From positions 1,734,011 through 1,798,010 of the forward strand of contig MU054117.1 in the NCBI GenBank assembly GCA_013239625.1: 64,000 nt of DNA, read 5' to 3'. The notes below the pieces were generated by a model. That model did not search any database, was not told the origin of the DNA, and worked only from the letters and a program-made list of their open reading frames with translations. The position numbers were made by a program, and so were the translations under genes. Position 1 is the stretch's first letter. Each line of letters begins with the position of its first letter. Source of the DNA: Lama guanicoe (taxonomy: Eukaryota). This document shows, piece by piece, positions 38,731 through 50,764 of this stretch.

Positions 38731-39763
38731 AGATGTGACCTCTCCTTCATGGAGTTTATATAATTTAGCGAGGAAGATAACATTAACAAAGAAAATGGCT
38801 TTTCTAATATTTATTGTTCTCTCGCCTGTTTAGAAAAGCAATACAATTTCACTGTAGAAAATTCAGAAAATTAAATAAAAGAAAAGCAAAACCATCCCAA
38901 ATCTCACTACCCAAGATTAACTATAAAGTTAAAAATTTGAAGTGTAAATTTTTCCTCGTCCCCTCTCCTTGTCCTCCACAGACAGGCGTACGCCCCCCTC
39001 CACCTGCTCCTGGGGGGAGGGTCTCAAGCAAGTGGATCATAAGTTCTCCCATCTCCTCTTTCCCTTTCGGAAATGTCTGCCTGGGAATGTGATTGGGCTT
39101 AAAGCAGAGAAGGGTTTTTTTTTATGCCACTTCTGGCTCTCAGTGTAGCCACCAATCAGTGGCAGCTCTGGGAAGGCTGATTCCCAGACAGGTAGGCCTC
39201 CCATCAGGTGAGGGTGAAGGAGGCGGTTAAGACAGGTCTGCCCCGAAAGGGTGAGGCTGGCCCCACTTGGGTCAGTAAGCATCGTGTAGCCTACGGGAAC
39301 ATGGTTTCTCCCATAAGACAGCCCGAAAGTGTACTATATTGTAGAGTTATCATTGCTTGGATCTGTGTGATTCTGGATGACCAAGAAGAAACCCTAATTC
39401 TGCATCTCTCAATAGCAGTGAGAACTGGAAAGGACTCAGGCCCACTTTGGACTGATCTGCTGAAGGGCAAGCCCCTGTGGTGGAAGCCTAGACTGCGGGT
39501 CCTAAACTGGGAGTCCCATGCAGTGTCAGATTGCGTGGGGCTTACCATTTAAACTAGTGTCCAACGGGAGAAAGTAGCCCTTTGGGTGTCATTTTTTCCC
39601 CCGGTGTGTTGTCTTTTTAATTCGGGGGGTCTTTTAATCATTGCTGTTTTTGTTTTTATTTCTGTGCAGAACTTTTAAATTGTTATGCAGTCAAACTCAT
39701 CAATGATTTCTTCTAAGGCCTCTGAATTTCATATCTTGCTTTGGAAGATTTAGTCACTGCAGG

Positions 39764-40135
39764 AGTCAGCTTGGGCAGCCCTAACAAGGGACCGTAGACA
39801 GGGCAGCTTAAACCACAGAAATGTGTTTCTTCTCGGTCTGGAGGCTGGAAATCCAAGGTCAAGGTGTCGTCAGGGCTGGTTCCTCCTGAGGCCTCTCTCC
39901 TCGACTTCTGACGCCCGCCTTCTCCCTTGTGTTTGTGTGGTCCTGCCTCTGTGCATGTCTGTGTCCTAATCTCCTTTCCCTTTGTGGACATCAGTCGTAC
40001 TGGGTCAGGGCCAGCTGCTATGACTGTATTTTAACTTAATTACCTTCCCAACCTCCAAAAACAGCCACATTCTGACATACTAGGGGTTAGGACTTCAATG
40101 CCTGAATTTCGAGAGAACACAGTTCAGCCCATAAC
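39764..40135 (-). mobile_element. MLT1B-like MaLR LTR, inside an old minus-strand L1 (~39600-40690)
   Basis: TCTGGAGGCTGGAAATCCAAGGTCAAGGTGTCG...GGGGTTAGGACTTCAA...ACAGTTCAGCCCATAAC. Confidence 0.8.
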
Positions 40136-41239
40136 GTCACCCAAGATTATTTTCTTAAATTCTCCCCATGTTTTACCTTCATGGTTTTATTTTTAACACC
40201 TAAATATTTGATCCACCCAGAATTTGTTTTGGTATAAGGGCTGAGGTAGGCATCCGACTGGTTTTCTACATAGTGAGCCAAATGTTTCAGCTGTATTTGT
40301 CAATAATCTTTCCCCCCAAGTCTTGAAATTCTATGTTTATCTTATAGTCATTTCTCGTGTATAATTGGGCCTGTTTCCGGATACAATTTTATACCACGAA
40401 TCTGTCTATTCCTGTGCAACTGACAAACTTAATTATGAAAATTTTATAATATATTTTAATCTTCTAGGGCTAATCTTACGTTATTTCTCTTTTTCAGAGT
40501 TTTGTCCCAATTTTTGCACATTTACTTTTCAGCATATACTAATTAGCATTGCTTTGTCTAGTTGTAGGTGAGTTCTGATGGCATTTTTATTGGGTCCGGA
40601 CAAATACAGAGATGAATTTAGAAGGACCTGACACGTTTGTATTACTGAGACTCTGCATGTCTGTCCTTTCTAAGCATTGTTTACCTTCTTGCGCTGTTTG
40701 AATTTTTTAATCATTGTACACGTCCTATTTTTTATGACCGGGAAAAAATCCTTTTCCATTAAAAAAAAAAAAGTGAAAGAGTGCAGCAGAGGTAAACAAT
40801 GATGAGCAGAGATAAATTTATCCAGAGGGGCCATTTTGGAACTCCTCAAATTCGAACCCCACAATTATATCTTCTCTCCTGTTTGTGGAGAAGCCTTGCT
40901 TTCTCACGGTTGGAGCAAAATAGATTCTGCGATAGCTTCTGACACAGTGTGCACGTTGCACTAGTGACACGTGTCGCCTCTCCCGGAGCTCTGCTCCGTC
41001 TCATTTCTGCAGTTTCACAAGGTGCCTTCTCCCTGCAAGGTTGTCTAGGCCGAGAGACGCCGACTGTGAACTGAACTTGGCCGGTTTCCTCAACATTCCC
41101 TAGCTAAGGCCGTCATCATCTAACAGAAGCGAAAGGGGTCAGGTTCCCAGAGACCAAGGAGCTGCTTCGGGACCTCCTCCAGTCTCACCAGCGGCCAGTG
41201 GCTTTCTCCCCCGGGCTCGGGTCCTGCCTGCCCGTCTTG

Positions 41240-41311
41240 GAGAGCTGAGCGCCCAGGGGGAGAGCTGCGCGCCCCGGGGAGAGAGCTGCGCGCCCCGGGG
41301 GAGAGCTGCGC
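41240..41311. repeat. GC-rich minisatellite, 20-21-bp unit x ~3.5
   Basis: Unit GAGAGCTG(A/C)GCGCCC(A/C)GGGG(A). Confidence 0.9.
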
Positions 41312-41579
41312 CGAGCAAGACAGGCCGCTTCGGTGGGTCCTCCTGCCCCCGGAGCGGCGAGAGGGCGACCCCGGAGCCACCCTTCTCCTTGAGAACTCGT
41401 GTCTAAGAGCTCGTGTCTAATGCTGTTCCTAGGTTGCCAGGTGAAGTGAAGACCTACTAGTTCTCCTGTTTTCTTTTTTTCCCCAAGTTATTTTTTTTTA
41501 TGGTTTCTCCTATTTCCTTTCTTGTTCCCATTTTTTCACTCATTCATTCACATTCAGCACATACGTGGGAGTGATCATT

Positions 41580-41680
41580 CTAGTTTCTTTCCCCCCTTAA
41601 CAGAGGCACCAGAGACTGAACCCAGGACCTCATGCACACCAAGCACGTGCGCTACCACTGAGCCCACTCCCCCCACCCCG
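41580..41680 (-). mobile_element. tRNA-Ala-derived SINE, variant anticodon loop
   Basis: Reverse complement GGGCTCAGTGGTAGCGCACGTGCTTGGTGTGCATGAGGTCCTGGGTTCAGTC; TSD GGGAGTGAYCRTT at 41567-41579 and 41681-41693. Confidence 0.85.
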
Positions 41681-41729
41681 GGGAGTGACCGTTGTGACAT
41701 GTAAGTCAGAACCACTTCACAGGTCTGCC

Positions 41730-42225
41730 CCTAGCCCTCCACTGCCTTTTCACACTGCCCAGAGGAAGATCCCAAGTCGTCACAGGGGCCACCTCTGGCT
41801 CCCGGTGACCCGTCCACCGACCCCCGAAGTCTAGGACCTCATCTCCAGCTCCTCTCCCTGCCAGTCACCCTCCTCCAGCCACACTGGCCTCCTTGCCATC
41901 CCCTTAATGCCTGGGGCTCTCTCACCTCCGAAAGCCACCAGGGTCACTGCCTCACCTCCTCCAGGTCTCTATGCAAACACCATCGTCTCAGCGAGGCCTT
42001 TCTGGTCACCTGACCTACAACTGTAAGCCCTGTGTGCCCTACCCCCTTCCTGGCTTTCTTTTCCACCTAGAAATGGCTGCCTCCTTGGCTTCTTACTTAG
42101 CCTTTAACTCCCCTCGTGAGAAGGCAGGTGGGGATGACTGTCCGGTAGGTTTGCTGTGGTGACCCCACTCCTAGGACAGTGCTGGCCGCTAAGGGGCTCA
42201 CAGACACTGGCCGAGCAAATGAACC
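41730..42225 (+). mobile_element. L2 LINE 3' fragment
   Basis: CCTCCAGCCACACTGGCCTCCTTG...CTCACCTCCTCCAGGTCTC...CTCCCCTCGTGAGAAGGCAGG...CAAATGAA. Confidence 0.65.
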
Positions 42226-42653
42226 AATTCCTAGTCACTCTGCTGGCATCAAAGATACCCATTCACCTCCCAGGCCTCTTCCCGGGGCCACACAGGCTTT
42301 GGAGTCACTGGTTCCAGCCCACAGAAGTAAGAGTTTAACTTCTCTGGAGTCATTATATCAGGATTTGGAGACTCCTAGAGGCACTGGTCTCCTTCAGAGA
42401 ACATTTTTCAAGGAAGTTGCCTTGTTTGCACAGAGAATACTTAAGATCTCTTCAAAAAGGAAGACGAATAACATCTAGCTTTGCCTGTATTCACACCTTC
42501 CTTGGTTAGCAGGAAGGACTCTCTGCCCTCCAGGACATATTTATTTATTGTGCATTTACTGTAATTGAGACGCAAGACTTGATGGGCAAAGTCTGTGCTT
42601 TCGGTCCGCTGCAACCGATCAGCAAAGAGAGTGAGAAACGGGGGAAAAAGAGG

Positions 42654-45465
42654 CAGGTCTGCTTCTGGCATTAGCAGGGCCCAAGGCACAAATACAGACA
42701 AAGACACACACTATAGAGTTAATATTTAAAATGTATAATGTATGCGAACAAGCTGTTAAAATCGTACAGCCTTCCGCTTTGACAAACATACTTCCACACG
42801 CTGGCTAGGTTCAGGTTTAGAACTGTAGTTCTGGCTGGGGTGTGCCAGTGCGAGGGGGGCTGGCCTCCAGCCCGGCCTCTTCCCCCTCCTGGGGTGACAG
42901 AGCCGTAGCCTCAGAGGGACTGAAGGCAGGGGGAACAGAGAACTTCCACATCTCGTCCTTCAGCTGAGCCGGGCTTATGAGGACATCCTGGTTTTATCAC
43001 CATGACAGGAACCATCAGGACAGTGTCCCTCAGTACTGGGGAGGGTGCAGCAGCGGTGGGGCCCAGGCTTACATCCCCGCCGGTGCCCTGCACACCACGG
43101 GGTTCAGCGGCCTGCCCCTTGAGGTCCCCTCACCACCACCTGCCCAGCAGTACCAGCCTCTTTTGGGGAAGGGGGGCGTGAAGACCAAATCAGAGGTACA
43201 GGGGGAGAACAGGTCCCAAGACGCTGTGTTTTCCCACTGCTCCGCAGCCGACGCAGCCTGTGTCCTGGACAAGGAGGGACAGGGTGCCCGCAGGTGAGTG
43301 AGCCCACAATGCTCGGAGGACGCTGTGATGAGGTCATGTTCACTGCTGTTCTGCATGGATGTCCAGGGTCTGCCCCCTAAGGAGGATAAGCTTCAGCCTG
43401 ATGTCAGGCCACCACAGCCACCAGCAGGAAGTTTTCTTGACGTTGGCTTTGGCAGTAATTTGGAGCCTGACACCAAGAGCACAGGCAATAAAAGAACAAG
43501 GAAATAAACTGGACTTCGTAAAAATTAAAAACATTTCCCCATCAAAGAATACTATTAAGAGACTGAAAGGGCAACTTACAGAATGGGGAAAGTTACTTGC
43601 AAACCTTATATCACATAAGGAATTCGTGTCCAGAATATACGAAGATTTCCTACAATTCAGTAATAACAACAAAAAAAACCACTACTCAATACAAAAATGG
43701 CAAAAGACTTGAAGAGACATTTCTCCAAAGCAGATGCACAGATACATAAAAAGATGATCAACATCACTAGTCATTAGGGAAATACAAATCAAAACCATAA
43801 TGAGATACGACTTCACACCATTAAGACGGCTATTATATATATTTTTTAAAAAACTAAAAAACCTTGAAGTAACAAATGTTGATAAGGATGTGGAGACACC
43901 GAACCCTGTGCATTGCTGGTGGGAATGTAAACCAGGGCAGCTGTGGAACACAGTTTGACGGCTCCTCAAAAGCTAAACATAGTGTTGTCACAGGATCCAG
44001 CAATGCCACTTCTGGGTGTACACCCAAAGGAACTGAAAGCAAGAACTCAAACATTCTTTTACACCCATGTTCACAGCAGAATCATTCACAACAGTCAAAA
44101 GGTAGACACAACCATGTGTTCACAGATGAACAAAGATGAACGGAGATAAACAAAGTGTGGTCCAGCCATACAATGGAATATTATCCAGTCTGAAAAAGGA
44201 AGGAAACGCTGGTGCATGCTACAAGAGTGAACCTTGAAGAACATTATACTACGCGAACTAAGCCAGACACGAAAGAACTAATATTGCAAGATTTGGCTCA
44301 TATGAGGTCCCTAGAATAGGCCTGCTCGTGGGGGCAGAAGGTAGGCCGGAGGGTACCAAGGCCCGGGGAGGGAGGGATGTGGGCACTGAGCAGCAGGCAC
44401 AGAGCTTCTGTGTGGGCTCACAAAACAGGTTCGGAAATAGATATGGGTGATGATTGCACCACATTGTGAATGTAGTTAACGACACTGAATTGCATGCTTT
44501 AAAATGGTTAAAATGGTAAATTTTATGTTATATGTGTTTTGCCACCATAAAAAAAAAGTTTCAAAAGAAAGAAAGGAAGGAAGGAAGAGCATAATGTCGA
44601 AGGTTCTTCACAGGGCCTTCAGCAGTTTCCAGGGCAAACCGGGACCGTTGACATTAATAAAGCAATTTTTAGGAGCCTCTGGAAAGGACAACAAGGCCAA
44701 TCGATGAGCAGGACAGGTAATTCCTGCCTGTGTGTCGAACGGGGCGCCTGGCACTGCGGTGGCAACACTCTGCGAGAAACAGCTTCAGGCTGGGTTGTTG
44801 GCTAGGGCCACGGTGAAATCGAGCCCCTGGAAGGTGAGCTTCCTCTTGACCTCTTAGTTTGGCTCATTCACTGCCATGAGCCAAGGCCACGGCAGATTCC
44901 CCACCAGGCAACCAGGATTCAAGAGCGGCTTGGAGGCTCTGTCGCTGCCTCTCTCCTGCTTGGGCCTCGGGCTGGATGAATCCTCAGTCTGAACCTGACT
45001 ACTGACCTGCTCTGTCATCTTTGCTCTCAGAATGTCAGTCTCTGAGCCCTTCTAGGCACCTTCCACCCCAGGTGCTGGATAGGCTTCCAGGACCGCGTTC
45101 CGGCTCTTCCTGTTTAGCACCTGCGATCGGATGGGCCTCTGAGACTCACAGCCAGTGCCCCCCACACCCCCAGCCTCCCTTGACTGTGGTGGACAGATGG
45201 CTCCAGCTGGTTTGTAGCCAGGACCCCAGGCGCCCTCTCCACCGTTCCTCCCTCTGCCTTCAGGCTGTCTATGTTGGACCCAATGCAGTGTCCACAGCCA
45301 CTGCACGTCCAGCCTCATGGCCTGCACTCCTGCATCGGGCACTACTCGCCCTGAGAATTTCCAGCTCGTTCTTTCCCGAGACTCTTCATGGCTTAGTCTC
45401 CCTGTTCGCATCCTTAGGGGAGAGTCACCTCTCTCCTTCAAAGGCTTACGCTAGGCAGGATCTCA
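42654..45465 (+). mobile_element. hAT-Tip100 non-autonomous element (MER115-like end; probably FordPrefect-type) with coding-like internal cargo, split by an L1
   Basis: The left end CAGGTCTGCTTCTGGCATTAGCAGGGCCCAAGGCA...AATATTTAAAA...CTTTGACAAACATAC...AGGTTCAGGTTTAGAA resembles the recalled MER115/Zaphod terminus. Length without the L1 is ~1.65 kb. The right end is approximate. Confidence 0.6.
43432..44581 (+). mobile_element. L1MB-like 3' region
   Basis: ORF2 C-terminal remnant (AQAIKEQGNKLDFVKIKN...LTEWGKLLANLISHKEFVSRIYEDFLQ), 3'UTR ending AAAATGGTTAAAATGGTAAATTTTATGTTATATG, and A tail; possible TSD AGGAAG at 43426-43431 and 44582-44587. Confidence 0.9.
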
Positions 45466-45554
45466 GCTCTATGACCATTTTCAGAGAATTGTGTACATAG
45501 GAAAAAGTTTGAGAGACGTTCTCTTAAAATTTAATTTTGACATCTTGCTGCATA

Positions 45555-46122
45555 AACTTTTTAAAAATTGTGGTAAAAGTACATCAAACATAAAATGTAA
45601 CCTCTTAAGCAATTTTAAGTGTGCAGTTCAGCAGTGCTAAGCACACTCACACCGGTGTGCAGCCAACCTCCAGCACTTCGTCCCGTAAAACTGAAAACTC
45701 CGTCCCCACTAAACAGAAGCTCCCCTTCCCGCCCCCCCACCCAGCCCCTGGCACCCCTGAGCTCCTTTCAGGATCTATGAATTTGACTGCTCTGTGTCTC
45801 ATATAAGTGGAATCACACAGTTTTCTTTGTTTTGTGTCTGCCTTATTCCACTTAGCAGAATACTTTCCAGGTTCATCCATGTTGTAACCTGTGTGAGGAT
45901 CTCCTTCCTTCCTCAGGCTGTGTCACATTCCGTTGCGCACATACACCACATTTTGCTTATCTATTCATTTTGTTGATGGATGTTGTGAATAATGGTGCTG
46001 TGAACACGGGTATATAAATATCTCTTTGCAATCCTGTTTTCACTTATTTTGGGTAGAAGCTGGATTGCTGGATCATATGGTAATTCTATTTTTAATTTTT
46101 TGAGGAACTGCTATACTGCTAC
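45555..46122 (-). mobile_element. L1MB-like 3' region
   Basis: AATTGTGGTAAAA...AATTTTAAGTGTGCAGTTCAG...ATATAAGTGGAATCACACAGT...GGATTGCTGGATCATATGGTAATTCTATTTTTAATTTTTTGAGGAAC. Confidence 0.85.
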
Positions 46123-47359
46123 ATAAAAGTTTTAGAGGACAACAAAATCACCCAGAAATGATGAATGGAAGAGACCGGATTAAAGTGATGCAAGATGGTA
46201 AGTCTGATAAAAATGATGATAAAATTCATCATCAGTATCCTCATTGTCCCTGAATGCCCCTTAGACCCGTCTCTTCCCTTTCATCTCAGCCCACAGAGTG
46301 CAGACGGTAGGTACTCTTTTCCAAGCGCCCGGGGCTTCAGTTTATTGGAGAGTGCTTTGTGGTCCACAGTGGAGGAGGAAGCAGGACTGAGTTGATAGTC
46401 AGCCTTGGTTCTGCGACAGATTGAAGACCGGCAATGTGCGTACAGGTCACAACCGTTTCCAAATAGAACACGAAGCCAAACAAAAGCCCAAAAATGAGAG
46501 CACCTTCATCCACTTAACTAACAATGATCTTTAATTGTTCTGACTGGACGAAGGTCCCGCCTCGCCATCCTGTCCACGCGAGCCGGACCTCTCCTCCCCA
46601 GATGTTTTAATCCTGCTCCGCTTGGGACCGGAGGATGCCTCAGAGCTAAGCCCACCCAAGCCTGTGAGGAGGGACGTCTCCTGGTTAAGCGTGGCCTGAG
46701 TTCCAGGCTGTTTATTTGCGTTCCTAGCGTGCGCGTGCTTCTGTGTTACACTGGATGGTGGATTTCTCTCCTGACTTCCCAGCATCACAGGGCTTCTTTG
46801 AAAAGTGGCTGAGCTCCTGACAAAGCTCAGGAATGAAAGGGGAGGACCAGGCAGGGCTGCTATGCTCCGAGCCCCTCTTCAGCCACTGAGCCAACAAGGG
46901 ATACCACCCCCCACCCCGCCCCGCTCCATCAGCAGGACCCATTGTTCTCTGGCTGCAAGGCCCGTGAGATAAACAGCAGCTGTGAGGCTCCTGCCCCTCC
47001 CCCTCAGAGGCCCCGTGCCCCATGTGAGACTCCTGGCCTTGGTACAGCCAGTTCCGACAGTTCTGGAAAGACACGAGTAGATGGAGAGGGGGACATCAGA
47101 GCCACTCTTTAAAAAAATCACTCTCCACAAAATGTCCTCCGCAAGGAAACCGCAGGAGGCGGCGGCGAAGTTACAGCAGCTGTTGTCACTAATGGCCCTA
47201 TATTCTGCATGTGCAGGACCTAGAGAAACAGTCTGGTTTTGCAGACAGTTCATACGCATGTATTTGCATTTGCCAAGACTTATGTGGTCTCTGAGTCCGT
47301 GGTCAAGTTCTTCTCCTTTTTCCTTTTTCTTACCTTGACTCGTGTGGCCCCTGCCTGCA

Positions 47360-48150
47360 CCTCCCCCCTCAGTTTCCGCACGATACACAGTCGGCTCGCG
47401 TTTTCCACGGTCGGTGTGTTCCGCGACGCCGCTGCAAACGCTCAGTTACGAAGGCTGGAGCGCAGCGGGTCAGGGTCCTGCAGGAGTGTAGTCGCAACGT
47501 TTTCGTCCCCTGGCCATCTCTGTGTGTTTCTGTTTAAAGACATCTGATTCAGCGTGTGTTGCCGACGCGCTGACACTGACCTTGCGGACGGCGGCAGTAA
47601 CTCGTGCGGACGCCGCGCGTTCTCGGTGGGGACAGCGCAGCCCGCCTGCCCTGGAGGGCGCCAGGGAGGCGGGGGCCGCTCTCAGCGGCAGAGTCACCAG
47701 CAGACAGTACGAAACCGTGAAACAGGGCATGGAGTGGCCCTCGAGCAGGACACCTGTTTCCAGGAGGAGCTGAACCAGCGAGGCGGGGCCCGGCCTCCTC
47801 CCGCCGCTGGGAAGGCGCGTGCGCTGCGGGGAGCGCTGCCCGCACCACGCGGGTGGCAAATACATTGCAGAAAGTAGACGAAGTCACAAGTGCAGAATCC
47901 TGTAAGTGTACGAGTTAGCGAGTGAGAATGTTTTGCTGCTGAAATCTTGGCGGAACCAGAAATCAAGAACGTGGTCCCATCAACTTTCAGAGCGTGGAGA
48001 ATTCTGCTCCAAGCGCACTTTGGGACGTGCTGGCGAGTGGCGCTGCCGCGTTCCCCAACGCCACTCGTTAGACTGCGAACTGCGTCTCCGTTACTGGCCC
48101 TGGACTAGGTCGAAGCCGGCGGGTCTCCAGGAATGGCTCTGGACGGGCTG
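47360..48150. promoter_or_regulatory. Orphan CpG-rich island, candidate enhancer/promoter
   Basis: High CpG density in non-repetitive sequence, with a GC box (GAGGCGGGGC) and CTCF-like CCACGCGGGTGGCA at 47845-47858. Confidence 0.5.
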
Positions 48151-48588
48151 TTAGAAATGTATTCTCCCAGGCCCCACCCAAGACCTGCAGGATCAGAACC
48201 TCTGGGGACCCGTCCAGCAATCTGGTTTTAAAAAGCCTTCCAGGAACTCACAGACATAGTGAAGTCTTATGGTTACTGGGGGAAAGGGGGTGGGAAGGGA
48301 TAAATTTGGGAGTTTGAGAATTGCAAAGGTTAACCACTATATATAAAAATAGATTAAAAAAACAAATTCTTCTGTATAGCCCAGGGAACTGTATTCAGTA
48401 TCTTGTAATAAACTTTAATGAAAAAGAGTATGAAAATGAATGTATGTATACATATGCATGACTTGGACATTGTGCTTACACCAGAAATCAACACATTATA
48501 ACTGACTACACTTCAGTAAAAAATAAATAAAAATAAAAAGCCCTCCAGGAGATTCTGCTGTGCCCGCAAGTTTGAGGACCCAGCTCTC
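48120..48588 (+). mobile_element. MER5A-like MITE split by a young L1
   Basis: GTTAGAAATG...GGCCCCACCC...ATCAGAA...CCAGCAATCTG-TTTTAA [L1] GATTCTG...AAGTTTGAGGACC. Confidence 0.7.
48246..48533 (+). mobile_element. Young camelid-type L1 3' end
   Basis: L1 3'UTR with A tail; 17-bp TSD TAAAAAGCCYTCCAGGA at 48229-48245 and 48534-48550. Confidence 0.88.
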
Positions 48589-48654
48589 AGCCATGCAACA
48601 ACTCCTCTATCCCCCTGGTGGCTAGAGGCCTGTGGCGGGCCTGATTCCTTACCC

Positions 48655-48845
48655 TTCGGTGTGGAAAGAGCCAGGACTTGATAGTAAGAACTGGGGTCAG
48701 ATCCCACTTCTGCTGTTTATAATGGGGAGGCCTTAAACTACTGAAACACCGTGACTCTCCAGTTTCCTCATCTGTGAAAGCGGGGAGCTTAAAAGAAATA
48801 GATGAGAAAGTGCTTAGCACACAGAAGGCCCTCAGTAAACGCTGG
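48655..48845 (+). mobile_element. MIR SINE
   Basis: CAGTTTCCTCATCTGTGAAA...AAAGTGCTTAGCACA...CTCAGTAAA. Confidence 0.65.
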
Positions 48846-50634
48846 CGTTCTTTCCCTCCCTTTCATTGTTCATTCCTGAATGAGACATGAGGGATGAAGA
48901 AAGAGACAGTGTTCTTTCTTCAGAATAGAATAGAGCTTGGGGTTTATCTCAGAGGAAACAGTTACAGTTTTCATCACTCTCCCCACCCCTGCCCCCTCTC
49001 TGTAAGGAAAGCTTGTACTCTGGTCTCCGTGTGGCCAGAGAGGGAAAAACACACCGAAGTCCTTTACGGAGAACTCAGACCGCGTGTACCTTCACCTACA
49101 GTTAGAGTCAGTCCCTGGACTCCTTACAGCCTCCCCTTTCCCCTGCTGCCGTCCACCTCCACCCGGCAACTTCTCATTCTGCTCTCCTTCGGCCCAAGCA
49201 ACTAGGAACTCCTTTCTGGTGGCTTGCTAGGATCCTTAAAGACTGCGCTTGAGTACGGGCTACTGCAAACCCTCCTCCCCCGCTTCCCCCCTCCCCCACT
49301 CCCATGTAGCCGGGGGAGAATCCGGGTCTCAACCTGCCAGCCCTGCTTTCTGAGTTGTGCAGTCACTAAAATCAGAATAGAGCCCAGCAAGGTGCTGTGT
49401 TCAGAGACCGCAGTTCTGTGCATTGGAAATTGCCTTTTTTGGTTCCCCCTAGGATTGTAGTTCATCTTTGGCTGCTGGCAGGGACACTGTCTTCATCGTA
49501 CGTAAAGACCTGCCCCTGCTGCCAGTGTATACAAAGACTGGCACAGTCTTGGCTCCTTGCCCCCCAGCACTGACAACATTCAGGAGGTTAATCAGCATTC
49601 CCAGTGAGGAAGGCAGGAGCACAGTCTTGGAATTTTACTGGTAAAAACCAATGGGAATTTAATGGTAAAAACCAACTACCCCGTTCTGAGCCAGGGAAAT
49701 TCCTTACTACAGGTTTCAAGCTGTCTCCCCAGCCCTCCTCACCTTCATTTCTTTACACTTCCGCCCAGACTGCGCTCCTGCTGACAAACCTGGTGGCTAC
49801 GTCCTTCCAGATACAGGTTTCTTCTCCGAGAAGCAGAGCTGGAGGAAGCTGAGGCCCAGAAAAGCGAGGCGGTTTATCCAGATCACAGTCAGGCCTAGGG
49901 CTTTTTCTCCAGCATCATCTCTCTTTCCCACTCCTGGGCCATTGTCCTAGGCCTTCCCTGCAATCCAAGACTTGCTTCTTCCTTTCTACCAAAGCCTGTC
50001 CTCAAACCGTTCAAATCTCTCTTGAAAAGTCATCTTCTCTGAGAAATCAGAGCTTTCTGATCCTCATCTGACTCTGGTTTGTCTTCCAGGAGTAGAACCA
50101 TAGACCGTAGGGCCATGGAGATTCCTGACCTAGAGGATTATCCCGGTCTTCAAGGGTAAGGACCCCGCCAAGCAGAGCCCTCGGACTGGGACCACTAAGC
50201 TGGTTAAGAACAAGGCCACGTCAAGAACTCAAGTCTTTGAGCCCTTAGCTCAAGCTTTTGTTTTTACTACGTGGAAGTCTCTGTGCTTCTTCTCTGTCAA
50301 AATTCTCACGTCTTTACATGAGGTCCCTTCTGCTAATTTCCTTTGTCACCATCACCATCATCGTAATCATAATCGACATCACTGCTCAGCAGTCCCCCAG
50401 AGCTCCCTGCGCGGTGCCAGTGGGTCCCCCGTAACCATGACTGATGGCCCAGCTCCTTAACTCTTGTTCCTTGTGTCCAAGATGGTTCCAGCTTTATCGT
50501 CCGAGTGTCCCTCTCCCTCCAGCCTCAAGGACACCAGAGTTGGTTCAGTGAATGAAACTGCTGCAGGACATCTACCCTTTTTGTCTGAAACGCCAAGCAT
50601 CAAACTACATCATGCTGAACTGACAGAGCATGAT

Positions 50635-50764
50635 GGGGGGGAGGGTGTAGCTCAGGGGCAGAGTGCATGCTTAGCATGCACACGGTCCTAGGTTCAGTCC
50701 CCACTGCCTCCACTAACAAAAGAAAAGAAAGGAAAGGAAAGGAAAAAAAAGAAAAAGTGAAGAA
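50635..50764 (+). mobile_element. tRNA-Ala-derived SINE
   Basis: GGGGAGGGTGTAGCTCAGGGGCAGAGTGCATGCTTAGCATGCAC...GGTTCAGTCCCCA plus purine tail. Confidence 0.85.

Noticed and set aside
41240..41311. CRISPR-like array
   Set aside because: Head-to-tail units without spacers in mammalian DNA; this is a minisatellite.
42690..42830. Minus-strand 3'UTR with ATTAAA plus GT-rich element, suggesting a terminal exon or processed pseudogene
   Set aside because: There is no poly(A) tail, and the segment is better explained as a MER115-like transposon terminus.
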